From NCBI GenBank assembly GCA_965267575.1, contig OZ254086.1, positions 288,001-352,000 of the forward strand: DNA of 64,000 bases. The letters run 5' to 3'. Origin of the DNA: Calditrichales bacterium (GTDB lineage Bacteria; Calditrichota; Calditrichia; Calditrichales; J004). Every line of letters begins with the position of its first letter. Position 1 is the stretch's first letter. The position numbers and the translations under genes were made by a program. Below the pieces are notes generated by a model. That model was not told the DNA's origin. It saw nothing but the letters and a program-made list of their open reading frames with translations, and ran no database searches. Shown here one piece after another: positions 8,629-17,821 of the stretch.

Positions 8629-9654
8629 ATGACAAAGAAAAAAAAGACCTTAATAATCAGAATCCTATTGTTCAGTGGAACGGCAATCTCAATGTTTTTT
8701 GTACCGTGGATATTGGTAAAGGCTTGGATTTTACCCCTACCTGATACAATTCAAGAACAAGTAGATGAAGCAATTGGGCATGGGTTTGATGGAATGGTTG
8801 TCTACATAGACCAAGCGGGAAAACAACCCCAATTTTATACAGGCGGGTGGAAAGATAGAATAAAGAAAATTCCAGCCGACCCAAATTCGCTATTCAAAAT
8901 TGCCAGCATAAGCAAACTTTATACAGCAGTGGCGGCCACCAAGTTGGTCAAAGAAAACCGCTTGTCATTTGACAAAAAACTAACAGATTATCTACCGGAA
9001 CTAAAAGGCAGAATAGAAAATGCTGAAGAAATCACTTTGAAAATGATGATTCAACATCGGTCCGGGATTCCTAATTATACAGATAATCCAGAGTATTGGT
9101 TAGATGAACAAGAGAATGGTAAAAATGCCTTAGATTTTGCCTTAGATTTACCTGCCAGCTTTAAACCAGACAAGGACTATGAATATTCTAACACCAATTA
9201 TTTGTTGCTGCGCAAGATTATGGATAAGGTTTTAGGATACAATCATAACGAATATATCAAAGAAAAAATTTTGAGACCCCTTAACCTTAAAAACACCTTT
9301 TTTTCAATTAACGAAGTGGATTTAGAAGATGTGATGAGTGGTTACTATGTGGGGTATAACGAAGATTTTAAAGCTCGTGAATATGGAATGCTGGCTACAG
9401 CAGAAGATGCTGGTATTTTCTTGCGAGCCTTAAACGAGGGTTCGGTGTTTGACGAGGGAGAAAAGGAAATCTATCCTTATGAATATAATCATGGAGGTTT
9501 GGTAGTCGGCTATCAAAGCCTTGCAGAATATCACCAAGATATTGATGCTGTAATTGTTCAATTTATCAACACTACGGATTTTGAAGGTTATGAATGGAAT
9601 TTATCGGAAATTACAATTAACCGAATTGTGAAAATTTTAAGAAAGAAAAACTAG
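8629..9654 (+). CDS. serine hydrolase, beta-lactamase/PBP-like family (cassette gene)
   Basis: SxxK (ASISK), YxN (YSNTNY), HGG; stop codon overlaps TAGCCACAAC. Confidence 0.88.
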   Translation: MTKKKKTLIIRILLFSGTAISMFFVPWILVKAWILPLPDTIQEQVDEAIGHGFDGMVVYIDQAGKQPQFYTGGWKDRIKKIPADPNSLFKIASISKLYTAVAATKLVKENRLSFDKKLTDYLPELKGRIENAEEITLKMMIQHRSGIPNYTDNPEYWLDEQENGKNALDFALDLPASFKPDKDYEYSNTNYLLLRKIMDKVLGYNHNEYIKEKILRPLNLKNTFFSINEVDLEDVMSGYYVGYNEDFKAREYGMLATAEDAGIFLRALNEGSVFDEGEKEIYPYEYNHGGLVVGYQSLAEYHQDIDAVIVQFINTTDFEGYEWNLSEITINRIVKILRKKN

Positions 9655-9672
9655 CCACAACACGGTGTGTGT
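9652..9672 (+). repeat. truncated attC-like site (left end only)
   Basis: TAGCCACAAC is the reverse complement of GTTGTGGCTA (8592-8601); followed by acg-GTGTGT with no right arm. Confidence 0.65.
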
Positions 9673-9795
9673 AATTTTGTCTACCTTATGAAAAAGCAAA
9701 AATTAATTATTGTACTACTTTTTGGACTTTCAAATTTATCTATCATTGAAAATTCAATGTCAGTTCGTAGAAGCCCCGATAAAACATAGTAGAAA

Positions 9796-11598
9796 ATGAG
9801 CACCCACATACCCATATCATCCAATAAATCCATTGCGGTTCTCCCCTTTGTTAATATGAGTGCCGACCCAGATAATGAATACTTCAGCGATGGGATTACC
9901 GAAGAAATAATCAACGCCCTAACCACCGTGAAGGGCTTGAAAGTCATTGCCCGCACATCCTCTTTTGCGTTTAAGAATAAAAATATAGATGTGCGAACCA
10001 TTGGTGATCTGTTAGGAGTAAGTACGGTTTTGGAGGGGAGCATCCGGAAAGTCAAAAACAGGGTACGCATTACAGCGCAGTTAATCAGTACGAATGACGG
10101 CACTCACTTCTGGTCGAAAAATTTTGATCGGGATTTGGAGGACATATTTGCACTACAAGATGAAATAAGTTTAAACATTGCAGACCAGATCCGGGAAAAT
10201 TTTGGTCATCTCCATATTCGGGAACATCTGATTGAAGCGCCTACACAAAATATGGAGGCCTACAACCTTTATCTTAAAGGTCGCTACCATCATTTAATGT
10301 GGGACGGACAAGGAATCGCAAATGCAATAGAACTCTATGAACAGTGTGTAGCGATAGACCCCTCATTTGCTTTGCCTTACTTTGGTTTGGCTTATTGTTA
10401 TGCAATGGCCGGATCCTGGGGAAATAATAAAGGCTTATTACAGATGTCAGAAGAGGATCTCAGCAAAGGTTTTAATTTAGACAAACAATCCTACGTAGGG
10501 TATTTCAGTAAAGCGACATTGTCCTTTTGGGGGCAATGGGATTTCATCAAGGGGCATAAATTTTTTCAAAAATCAATAGAGCTGAATCCATCCTATACGG
10601 AAGCAGAAGAAGGTTTATGCGAATTGTATACAGCAGTAGGTTATTTTGAAAAAGCGCACCGGCATACTGATAATATTTTAAAAATAAATCCTTTATCTCC
10701 GAACCATTATTTTACCAAAGCAAATATTTATTATCTAAACGAAGACTACACGAAAGCTTTAGAATGTATAGAGACCTCTTTGAGCATCAATCCGGATTTC
10801 ACACATTCCATCGCATTAAAACAACTTTGTTTAATTCTTTCGAAAGATTACGAAAAGCTAAATGACTTCTTAGGTCAAACCCCTTTGGCCGAGAGACCAG
10901 AAGAATGCAGAGTATTGTACAAGTTGGTCAATCCGGAAGAAAAGATCGATGTTGATATCAGCAGGGTTAGCTTAATGATAAAAGAAGATTCCGGGGGAAC
11001 GCTTTTTCCCTGGCAACTTTTTTTGTTGGTCTATTTGGACAAACACGAAATGGCATTGGACTTTTTGGAAGAAAACATCAGGATGCGTACCGGTCAAATC
11101 ATAAACTTTATGAATATTCCGTTCCTTAAACCCTTGCGCCGGCATAAGCGATTTCAAGATTTAGTACAAGCTGCTTTCGGGGTAGAACTCTTGCCACCTA
11201 ATCCCGAAAAACAAATACGAATTGACCCTCCCAAGACATTGATGTCAGTTACTGAAATCGACAAGCTTTTAGAAATATTAGGAAAGGGAATGAAGGAAGA
11301 AAAGTGGTTTCAAAAGCCATCTTTAACTTTACGCGAGCTGGCCGAAAACCTGACTATTAGCAGTAACCAGCTTTCCTGGTTGCTAAATGAACAAATTGGC
11401 CAAAATTTCAATGAATACATCAATAGTTTTCGTTTGGAGAACTTCAAAGAGAAGGCCCTAAATCCTGCCAATAGCCACCTTACCCTTTTAGCGCTAGCTT
11501 ATGAAAGCGGCTTCACTTCTAAATCGGTATTCAATACCTACTTTAAAAAAACCGAAGGGATGACACCGAAAGCCTGGCTGCGGTCTAATCAAATTTAA
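9796..11598 (+). CDS. TolB_N-like/TPR/AraC-HTH transcriptional regulator
   Basis: SIAVLPFVNMS..EYFSDGITEEII N-domain, TPR-like repeats, C-terminal LAYESGFTSKSVFNTYFKK. Confidence 0.88.
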   Translation: MSTHIPISSNKSIAVLPFVNMSADPDNEYFSDGITEEIINALTTVKGLKVIARTSSFAFKNKNIDVRTIGDLLGVSTVLEGSIRKVKNRVRITAQLISTNDGTHFWSKNFDRDLEDIFALQDEISLNIADQIRENFGHLHIREHLIEAPTQNMEAYNLYLKGRYHHLMWDGQGIANAIELYEQCVAIDPSFALPYFGLAYCYAMAGSWGNNKGLLQMSEEDLSKGFNLDKQSYVGYFSKATLSFWGQWDFIKGHKFFQKSIELNPSYTEAEEGLCELYTAVGYFEKAHRHTDNILKINPLSPNHYFTKANIYYLNEDYTKALECIETSLSINPDFTHSIALKQLCLILSKDYEKLNDFLGQTPLAERPEECRVLYKLVNPEEKIDVDISRVSLMIKEDSGGTLFPWQLFLLVYLDKHEMALDFLEENIRMRTGQIINFMNIPFLKPLRRHKRFQDLVQAAFGVELLPPNPEKQIRIDPPKTLMSVTEIDKLLEILGKGMKEEKWFQKPSLTLRELAENLTISSNQLSWLLNEQIGQNFNEYINSFRLENFKEKALNPANSHLTLLALAYESGFTSKSVFNTYFKKTEGMTPKAWLRSNQI

Positions 11599-11631
11599 GC
11601 TGGTTTAAAAGGTGTCAAATCTCACTATAAA

Positions 11632-11653
11632 GTCCGAAATTACATTTCAGGAC
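11632..11653. promoter_or_regulatory. inverted repeat, candidate operator of the AraC-family regulator
   Basis: GTCCGAAAT-tac-ATTTCaGGAC between the regulator and downstream genes. Confidence 0.4.
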
Positions 11654-11813
11654 GATTCATCTTTCTTTTAACTCCACTTTTGCATCCATCAATTCAGTAA
11701 AGCAGAGTAAATAATCATCGGATGATGATTTCTTTCCTCTTTATCAGATGAACTATCGATAACGGGAGGGGCTTTGTAGAAATCGGAATTTCAAAAAAAG
11801 GAGTCGTATTATC

Positions 11814-12464
11814 ATGAAAAGTCTATTTACAATTTTTTTGTTTTTTTGCACACTTAGTGCTTTTGCTCAGGTTAAATCACCGGAGAGTAATGCAACTGAA
11901 GTTGCCCATGAGTACAGGGTAAGTTTACCTTATTTTGTTCCGGAAGGGCTTATCGTGGATTCCTGGGACGATCGAACAAGTACACGACACTTAGAGCTTC
12001 ATATAAAACGTAACCTGGATAATAAAAATATCATAGGTTTGAAGTTTACCTCCTGGCGATTGTTTCAACCAATGGGAATCACATGGTGGGATGGTCTTTT
12101 AGATAAGCTCGAGACAGAAAGTGAATTCTATCCAGGACATGTGCGAGAAATAGGAATAGGTATAACATACCAGCGTATGCTATGGAAAGGACTATTTGCA
12201 ACTGTTGAAGTTCTACCGCAATTTCAAACCTACTTGGATCTAGACGGTAAAAAAATTGGAAATGATTTTAAACTTTATACGTCGTATCATCTTGGCTACC
12301 ATATCGCATTTGGTGAGGAAAAACGATTTTTTATAGAACCACAAATTAATTGTATGTACTGGATGTTTGACAACAATGCTCCTGATGGATTTAAGCAGCT
12401 GGATGATAAATGGAGAAACTACTTTCTTTTTGAGCCGCAGATTTACTTAGGGATAACATTTTAA
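11814..12464 (+). CDS. putative outer-membrane beta-barrel protein
   Basis: Signal peptide, amphipathic strands, C-terminal YLGITF. Confidence 0.65.
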   Translation: MKSLFTIFLFFCTLSAFAQVKSPESNATEVAHEYRVSLPYFVPEGLIVDSWDDRTSTRHLELHIKRNLDNKNIIGLKFTSWRLFQPMGITWWDGLLDKLETESEFYPGHVREIGIGITYQRMLWKGLFATVEVLPQFQTYLDLDGKKIGNDFKLYTSYHLGYHIAFGEEKRFFIEPQINCMYWMFDNNAPDGFKQLDDKWRNYFLFEPQIYLGITF

Positions 12465-12493
12465 ACTTAGTCTAACCAACCAGGATTCATAAT

Positions 12494-13108
12494 ATGAAAA
12501 CAATTTTAACAGTATTATCTATCTGCATTTTCCTAAGCAGTAATGTAGCTGCTCAAGTAGAAGAAGAATTTTCTTCATCCAAATCACATTCCCCACTCGG
12601 TGCATTCAAGCATTCTGTTAATATATGTCCTATCGCCCCGGTTTTCGGATTTTATTCGATTAACTATGAATACCTGATTAGTCCGCAGGATGGAATTGTT
12701 GCTCGCTTCGACTATGAAGATGTTCCTGAGACTTACACGGACGCTTCGATAGAGTCAAGTGGTATAGGTTTTACAGTGAATTACCGGAGGTATTTGTATG
12801 GGGAAATAAATTCTATATTTCTTGGAGCTTACACCAGATATAGAATCTACGAAGGAAGTGGTAAGCTAAATTCAAAAAAGTTCGATCTTACCCTAAAATC
12901 TTTTTCTATTGGACTGAACGCAGGAAAACGTTGGGTCTGGAATAGTGGTTTTAATATAGTCTTTTCATTGGGCTATGGAATTGATATAAATAACAGGGAG
13001 GCAAATCCGACTGACAACTCTATTGAATCGATACTTGACCAATTTGAAAAGGAATATGAATTCATGTCCCCGTTTTATGGAGAATTCTCAATCGGTTATA
13101 CATTCTAA
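12494..13108 (+). CDS. putative outer-membrane beta-barrel protein (DUF3575-like)
   Basis: Signal peptide, INYEYL, GKRWVW, C-terminal SIGYTF. Confidence 0.65.
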   Translation: MKTILTVLSICIFLSSNVAAQVEEEFSSSKSHSPLGAFKHSVNICPIAPVFGFYSINYEYLISPQDGIVARFDYEDVPETYTDASIESSGIGFTVNYRRYLYGEINSIFLGAYTRYRIYEGSGKLNSKKFDLTLKSFSIGLNAGKRWVWNSGFNIVFSLGYGIDINNREANPTDNSIESILDQFEKEYEFMSPFYGEFSIGYTF

Positions 13109-13164
13109 CTCATAAAATCCAATCTTATGGACAAAAAACTACAGAAAGCCGCCTTTTTAAAAAT

Positions 13165-13194
13165 TTGTACATTACCTTTTGCGCGGATATTTTC
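13165..13194 (+). promoter_or_regulatory. sigma70-like promoter, copy 2 (TTGTAC-N17-TATTTT)
   Basis: Near-identical to 4552-4581. Confidence 0.55.
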
Positions 13195-13264
13195 ACTTAA
13201 ACAAAATCCTTAATCCGCGAGGGGATGCACGCCATACGCGCCATACACGCATAGTCCCCATAAA

Positions 13265-14224
13265 ATGGCAGGAAGCATCAGAATGAATCAACAAAAGAGC
13301 ACCATGCGAGCGGTCGTCTGTCCGAAATACGGACCGCCGGAGATTTTGGAAATAAGGAACATACAAAGGCCGATCCCAAAAAAAAATGAGGTTTTGGTAA
13401 AGATAATTGCCGCATCTGTAAATACGGGAGATGTCAGAATCAGGGGGCTAAAGGTAAAAGGGTTCTTAAAAATCATTATGCGTGTTGTACTGGGATTTTC
13501 AAAGCCCAGAAAACCCGTTTTGGGGGTCGTTTTTTCTGGCATCGTTGAACAAGCGGGAGAGGAAGCGACACAGTTCAAGGCAGGTGACGAGGTTTATGGT
13601 ACAACCGGCTTTAAACAAGGCTGCCATGCCGAGTATGTTTGTATTCCGGAAAATAAAACAATTACAACCAAGCCTGAAAACGCTTCATTCGAAGAGGCCG
13701 CAGCCCTTCCTTTTGGCGGTCAGACCGCCATATATTTTTTAAGAAAAGGCAAAATAGAAGAGTTAAACAGTCCACAGGTGCTGGTATATGGTGCAACCGG
13801 GTCCGTGGGTGCTGCTGCCGTACAAATTGCCAGGCATTATGGAGCAACGGTAACGGCTGTGTGCAGTTCAAGAGGAAAAGAACTTGCACAAAAACTGCAA
13901 GCAGATCATATCATCCTGTATGACCAGGAAGATTTCACAAAAGCGTCAAGCAAATTCGACATCATCCTGGATGCGGTTGGGAAAACCAATAAAAAGCAAT
14001 GCGGTTCGCTTTTAAAACCCCATGGTAAGTTTTTTACGGTGGAAGGAAATGACATTGCGGCTGAACGGAAAGAGTACCTTGAATTTTTGTCCGGGCTTTT
14101 TAAAAACAGGCATTACGCCGCGATCATTGATAAAGTGTATCCTATGGAACAGGTTCAAGAAGCCCACAGGTATGTGGACACAGGGAGAAAAAAAGGTAAT
14201 GTGGTTCTAAAAATTTCATCCTGA
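13265..14224 (+). CDS. NAD(P)-dependent MDR-family oxidoreductase (paralogue of 4637); start uncertain
   Basis: HAEYVCI, YGATGSVG, GRKKGNVV. Confidence 0.9.
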   Translation: MAGSIRMNQQKSTMRAVVCPKYGPPEILEIRNIQRPIPKKNEVLVKIIAASVNTGDVRIRGLKVKGFLKIIMRVVLGFSKPRKPVLGVVFSGIVEQAGEEATQFKAGDEVYGTTGFKQGCHAEYVCIPENKTITTKPENASFEEAAALPFGGQTAIYFLRKGKIEELNSPQVLVYGATGSVGAAAVQIARHYGATVTAVCSSRGKELAQKLQADHIILYDQEDFTKASSKFDIILDAVGKTNKKQCGSLLKPHGKFFTVEGNDIAAERKEYLEFLSGLFKNRHYAAIIDKVYPMEQVQEAHRYVDTGRKKGNVVLKISS

Positions 14225-14288
14225 AAGCTAAATGCTGTGCCCAAATCCGAATAGAAACTTTATAAAACTTTACTAATCAAAATGATTT

Positions 14289-15785
14289 ATGTATAAAAAA
14301 ATATTTCTAATTATAAGTGTTGTGCTACTTCAATGTATTGGTGGGACTACACAAAACCGGTTTAACAGCGAAACCCTCAAAACTCGAATTGATAGTTTCT
14401 TAAGCATTAGCGTGGAAAATGGGTACTCCGGTAGTATTCTTGTGGCGAAGGATGGTAAAATCCTCCTGGCAAAAGGATATGGTTGGGCTGACAGGGATAA
14501 AAAAATACCCAACGGGTCAGCGACCGTATTCAATATCGGTTCAGTCACCAAGCAGTTTACCGCTGCTGCCATTCTGAAGCTTAAGGAAATGAACAAGCTG
14601 GATGTTTCTGATAAGCTTTCAAAATACTTCCCCCGGATGCCCCCTGACAAACAAGACATTACAATACATCATTTGCTAACTCATACGTCCGGTATATCAC
14701 CCTGGACAGGTGGTTTTAGGTATACGGAAGCAAGTAAAGGACAATTTTTGAACGAATTTTTTCAATCTGAACTAATGCACGCGCCGGGTACAAAACATAT
14801 TTATGCAAATGCCAATTATATTTTATTGGCTGCCATAATTGAAAAAGTCGCGCAACAAGAATACGAGACCTTTTTGCGGGAAAATATTTGGATTCCCCTA
14901 AACATGATTCACACCGGTTATAAACGTATTGATTTCAACAGCGAACAACTCGCTCATGGCTACTTTTATCATTATACGAATGGCGAGTGGAGAGATTGGG
15001 GCATAACCCAGGAATATCTGCCTTTTACTTCAAAACATTGGTACAGCATCGGTAAGGGAGATATTTATTCTACGGTTGAAGATTTATACAAATGGCATCT
15101 TGCACTGGAACAAAACAAAATATTAACGGAAGAAACAAAGCGTTTAATGGAAATGCCGCACGTTCCGGAGAATGACTCAAAAACTTCATTTTATGGATAT
15201 GGCTGGGCAATATTTAATTCGTCAAACGATAGAAAAATTGTAACACATAATGGCAGCAACGGAATATACTTTGCTGATTTTATTCGATATGTGGATGATG
15301 ACATTGTAGTAATAGCACTGTCCAACGTTATCTTAAACCGTCAATCAGAGAAAGTGGCATGGGAAATTGCCGCAATGATTTCTGATGTGAATTATGCCCC
15401 TAAAGCAATTCCAAAAAATAGCTATGAGCTGGTTTTTGATTTTGTCAGAAGCCATACACCCAATAACGCGCACCAATTACAGGAATATATTAAAGATAAA
15501 ACAGGAACATCCATTAACGAAAAGGCAATCTTAAATAGAATTGGATATAAGCAGATAACTGAAAATAAAGATACAGAGTGGGGAATTGCCTTACTAAAAA
15601 TAAATGTCGCGCTTTTCCCCGACGACGGAAATCTATGGGATTCATTGGGCGAGGGCTATTACCTGCTCAATGATAAGGATAATGCGATTGAGAGTTTTAA
15701 AAAAGCAATTGAATTAGGTTCCGGCAATGACTGCCACTGGTGCGCACATTCAAAAAAGCGTTTAATGGAATTATTGGGTGAGTAA
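14289..15785 (+). CDS. serine hydrolase (beta-lactamase family) with C-terminal TPR
   Basis: GSVTK, LLTHTSG, YANANY, HNG; NLWDSLGEGY TPR. Confidence 0.88.
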   Translation: MYKKIFLIISVVLLQCIGGTTQNRFNSETLKTRIDSFLSISVENGYSGSILVAKDGKILLAKGYGWADRDKKIPNGSATVFNIGSVTKQFTAAAILKLKEMNKLDVSDKLSKYFPRMPPDKQDITIHHLLTHTSGISPWTGGFRYTEASKGQFLNEFFQSELMHAPGTKHIYANANYILLAAIIEKVAQQEYETFLRENIWIPLNMIHTGYKRIDFNSEQLAHGYFYHYTNGEWRDWGITQEYLPFTSKHWYSIGKGDIYSTVEDLYKWHLALEQNKILTEETKRLMEMPHVPENDSKTSFYGYGWAIFNSSNDRKIVTHNGSNGIYFADFIRYVDDDIVVIALSNVILNRQSEKVAWEIAAMISDVNYAPKAIPKNSYELVFDFVRSHTPNNAHQLQEYIKDKTGTSINEKAILNRIGYKQITENKDTEWGIALLKINVALFPDDGNLWDSLGEGYYLLNDKDNAIESFKKAIELGSGNDCHWCAHSKKRLMELLGE

Positions 15786-15852
15786 CCGATTGCACATATT
15801 TTAGACACGTCTAAAAAAATCACTAACAATTAAACAATCAAAGGTACATTGT

Positions 15853-16203
15853 ATGGACAACTCAAGAGTATTTAAAATGTCATTTGCCGGCATATACCCG
15901 CATTATATTACCAAGGCGGAGAAAAAGGGACGCACCAAAGAAGACGTGGATACGGTGATCTGCTGGCTTACCGGGTACAACCAAAAAACGCTTCAGCAGC
16001 AAATTGATAAAAAGGTCGATTTAGAAACCTTCTTTACCGAAGCGCCGCAAATCCATCCCAATGTTTCCAAGATCACCGGCGTTATCTGCGGCCACCGCGT
16101 CGAGGACATCGAAGATCCGCTGATGCAGAAAATCCGCTACATGGATAAGCTTGTGGACGAAGTGGGACGCGGTAAAGCCATGGAAAAGATTTTGAGGAAG
16201 TAA
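15853..16203 (+). CDS. DUF2200 family protein
   Basis: [43 protein letters not shown]. Confidence 0.85.
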   Translation: MDNSRVFKMSFAGIYPHYITKAEKKGRTKEDVDTVICWLTGYNQKTLQQQIDKKVDLETFFTEAPQIHPNVSKITGVICGHRVEDIEDPLMQKIRYMDKLVDEVGRGKAMEKILRK

Positions 16204-16250
16204 GCGAATATAAAAGGCTGATTATTTTTACCTTATTTTAAAAAAGCTTT

Positions 16251-16760
16251 ATGAAAAAAATAAACTTCACTGTATTAATTTTATTAATAATTTTTATTTT
16301 CAATTGGTCTCAAACTAGTCATTTTGACAATAGAGAAGTGTTCTTAAATGATTCTGATACATCTGGAACCATTATTTGTGAGACGCCAAATGGAAAGATT
16401 TTATACACAATAAAAAATAATCCTAATGACGAGCTTTTTATTATGTTTAACGTCTTGGAAGTAAATCAAGAATGGTTCAGAATTGAAACGCTTAATTATC
16501 CTGAAACAATTTCGGGCTGGATATATGGCTCAGTAACTGCTGCAAGGATAGGAAATCTCGACAACTCAATGAATATTTATCAGAAACCCGATAGCAATTC
16601 AACAATAGCTGCTTCTTGGACAGGAATGAAAATCATACAGTTGGTAACTTTTAAAGGGGATTGGGCGAAGGTGAAGCTTACTTTAGATAATGATGAGCTT
16701 GTAATTGGTTGGATAAGATCCAATCTACTTTGTGGCAATCCCTATACTTATTGTAATTAG
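16251..16760 (+). CDS. secreted hypothetical protein, possible tandem SH3-like domains
   Basis: Signal peptide; twice W..(I/V)....GWI pattern. Confidence 0.6.
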   Translation: MKKINFTVLILLIIFIFNWSQTSHFDNREVFLNDSDTSGTIICETPNGKILYTIKNNPNDELFIMFNVLEVNQEWFRIETLNYPETISGWIYGSVTAARIGNLDNSMNIYQKPDSNSTIAASWTGMKIIQLVTFKGDWAKVKLTLDNDELVIGWIRSNLLCGNPYTYCN

Positions 16761-16804
16761 CATAAACACACAATGGCAAAGGACAGACAATCTCATAAAA
16801 TCCA

Positions 16805-17233
16805 ATGCGAAAGCTACGCGTAAAAACACACCCCGAAATTAAATCTGTATTCAACAACTACCCCGATGCCGCGCGCGAAAAAATTGAAAACCTGCGCCGG
16901 CTGATACTGGAAGCCGCACAGGCGATCGCCGGACTGTCCGTGCTGGAAGAGACGCTGAAATGGGGCGAACCCAGTTATTTGGCCAAGCACGGCAGCACCG
17001 TCCGCATCGACTGGAAGAAAAAGACGCCCGGACAATACGCCATCTATTTCAAGTGCACCAGCAAACTGGTACCCACCTTCAAAGAGGTCTATGGCGACCT
17101 GTTTACGTTTGAAGGCGACCGCGCCATTATCTTCCAGATGGAGGACGCCGTTCCCGAAACTGAGCTAAAAAAGTGCATCACCGCGGCTTTGAGTTATCAT
17201 AAGGTTAAAACGCTGCCGCTGCTGGGGATGTGA
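16805..17233 (+). CDS. DUF1801 family protein
   Basis: LRRLI...EETLKWGEPSY motif. Confidence 0.85.
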   Translation: MRKLRVKTHPEIKSVFNNYPDAAREKIENLRRLILEAAQAIAGLSVLEETLKWGEPSYLAKHGSTVRIDWKKKTPGQYAIYFKCTSKLVPTFKEVYGDLFTFEGDRAIIFQMEDAVPETELKKCITAALSYHKVKTLPLLGM

Positions 17234-17250
17234 TCACCCATAATAAAAAA

Positions 17251-17445
17251 GAGACGCAAGATGTTGCGTCTCTACGTTTAATGCTGTCATCTCGAACCTC
17301 CGAAGGAGTGAGAGATCCAGGATGTAACCGGTGCCAACTAAAGCCACGGCGCACTCCCAGATCTCTCACATCCGGTCGAGATGACAGCTATATTTCGTTT
17401 CTACTTTTCTTCCCTTCAAGCTCTTCATGTTCTTCATGGTGAAAT
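17251..17445. repeat. cluster of REP-like palindromes
   Basis: GAGACGCAAgatgTTGCGTCTC; TGTCATCTCGA..GAGAGATC/GATCTCTC..TCGAGATGACA pair; partial inverted copy at 21541-21570. Confidence 0.7.
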
Positions 17446-17462
17446 CTTTTTGATGTGTCTCT

Positions 17463-17804
17463 TCAGCCAATGGCAACTTCGCCGGTTTCCCCAGTGCGGA
17501 TACGGATACACTCCTGCAACTCGGAGATGAAAATCTTACCGTCACCTACCGATTCGGTGCGCGCCCCTTCAATGATGCCTTCAACAGCCTTTTCCACAAA
17601 AGCCTCGTTTACGGCGATCTCCAGACGCACTTTTTTCAGCAGGTCCACCTCCATACCGGCGCCGCGGTAATCTTCGTGGTAGCCGTGTTCCTGCCCGCAG
17701 CCCAGCGCGTTGGTCACGGACATTTTGAAGACATTGCGCTCAAACAACGACTTTTTCACCAGGTTAAGGCGCTCCGGCTTTATGTAAGCTACAATCAATT
17801 TCAT
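17463..17804 (-). CDS. glnK: P-II nitrogen regulator
   Basis: T-loop YRG, GDGKIF, RIRTGE; downstream of amt. Confidence 0.9.
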   Translation of the reverse strand: MKLIVAYIKPERLNLVKKSLFERNVFKMSVTNALGCGQEHGYHEDYRGAGMEVDLLKKVRLEIAVNEAFVEKAVEGIIEGARTESVGDGKIFISELQECIRIRTGETGEVAIG

Positions 17805-17821
17805 TTTAGATTTCTCCTCTG

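Noticed and set aside
8629-15785. Calling the two serine hydrolases antibiotic-resistance beta-lactamases
   Set aside because: SxxK/YxN motifs are shared by esterases and peptidases; there is no KTG triad and no basis for substrate assignment.
17230-17670. ORFs 17230-17442(+) and 17455-17670(+)
   Set aside because: The first spans REP palindromes; the second is antisense to the P-II gene.
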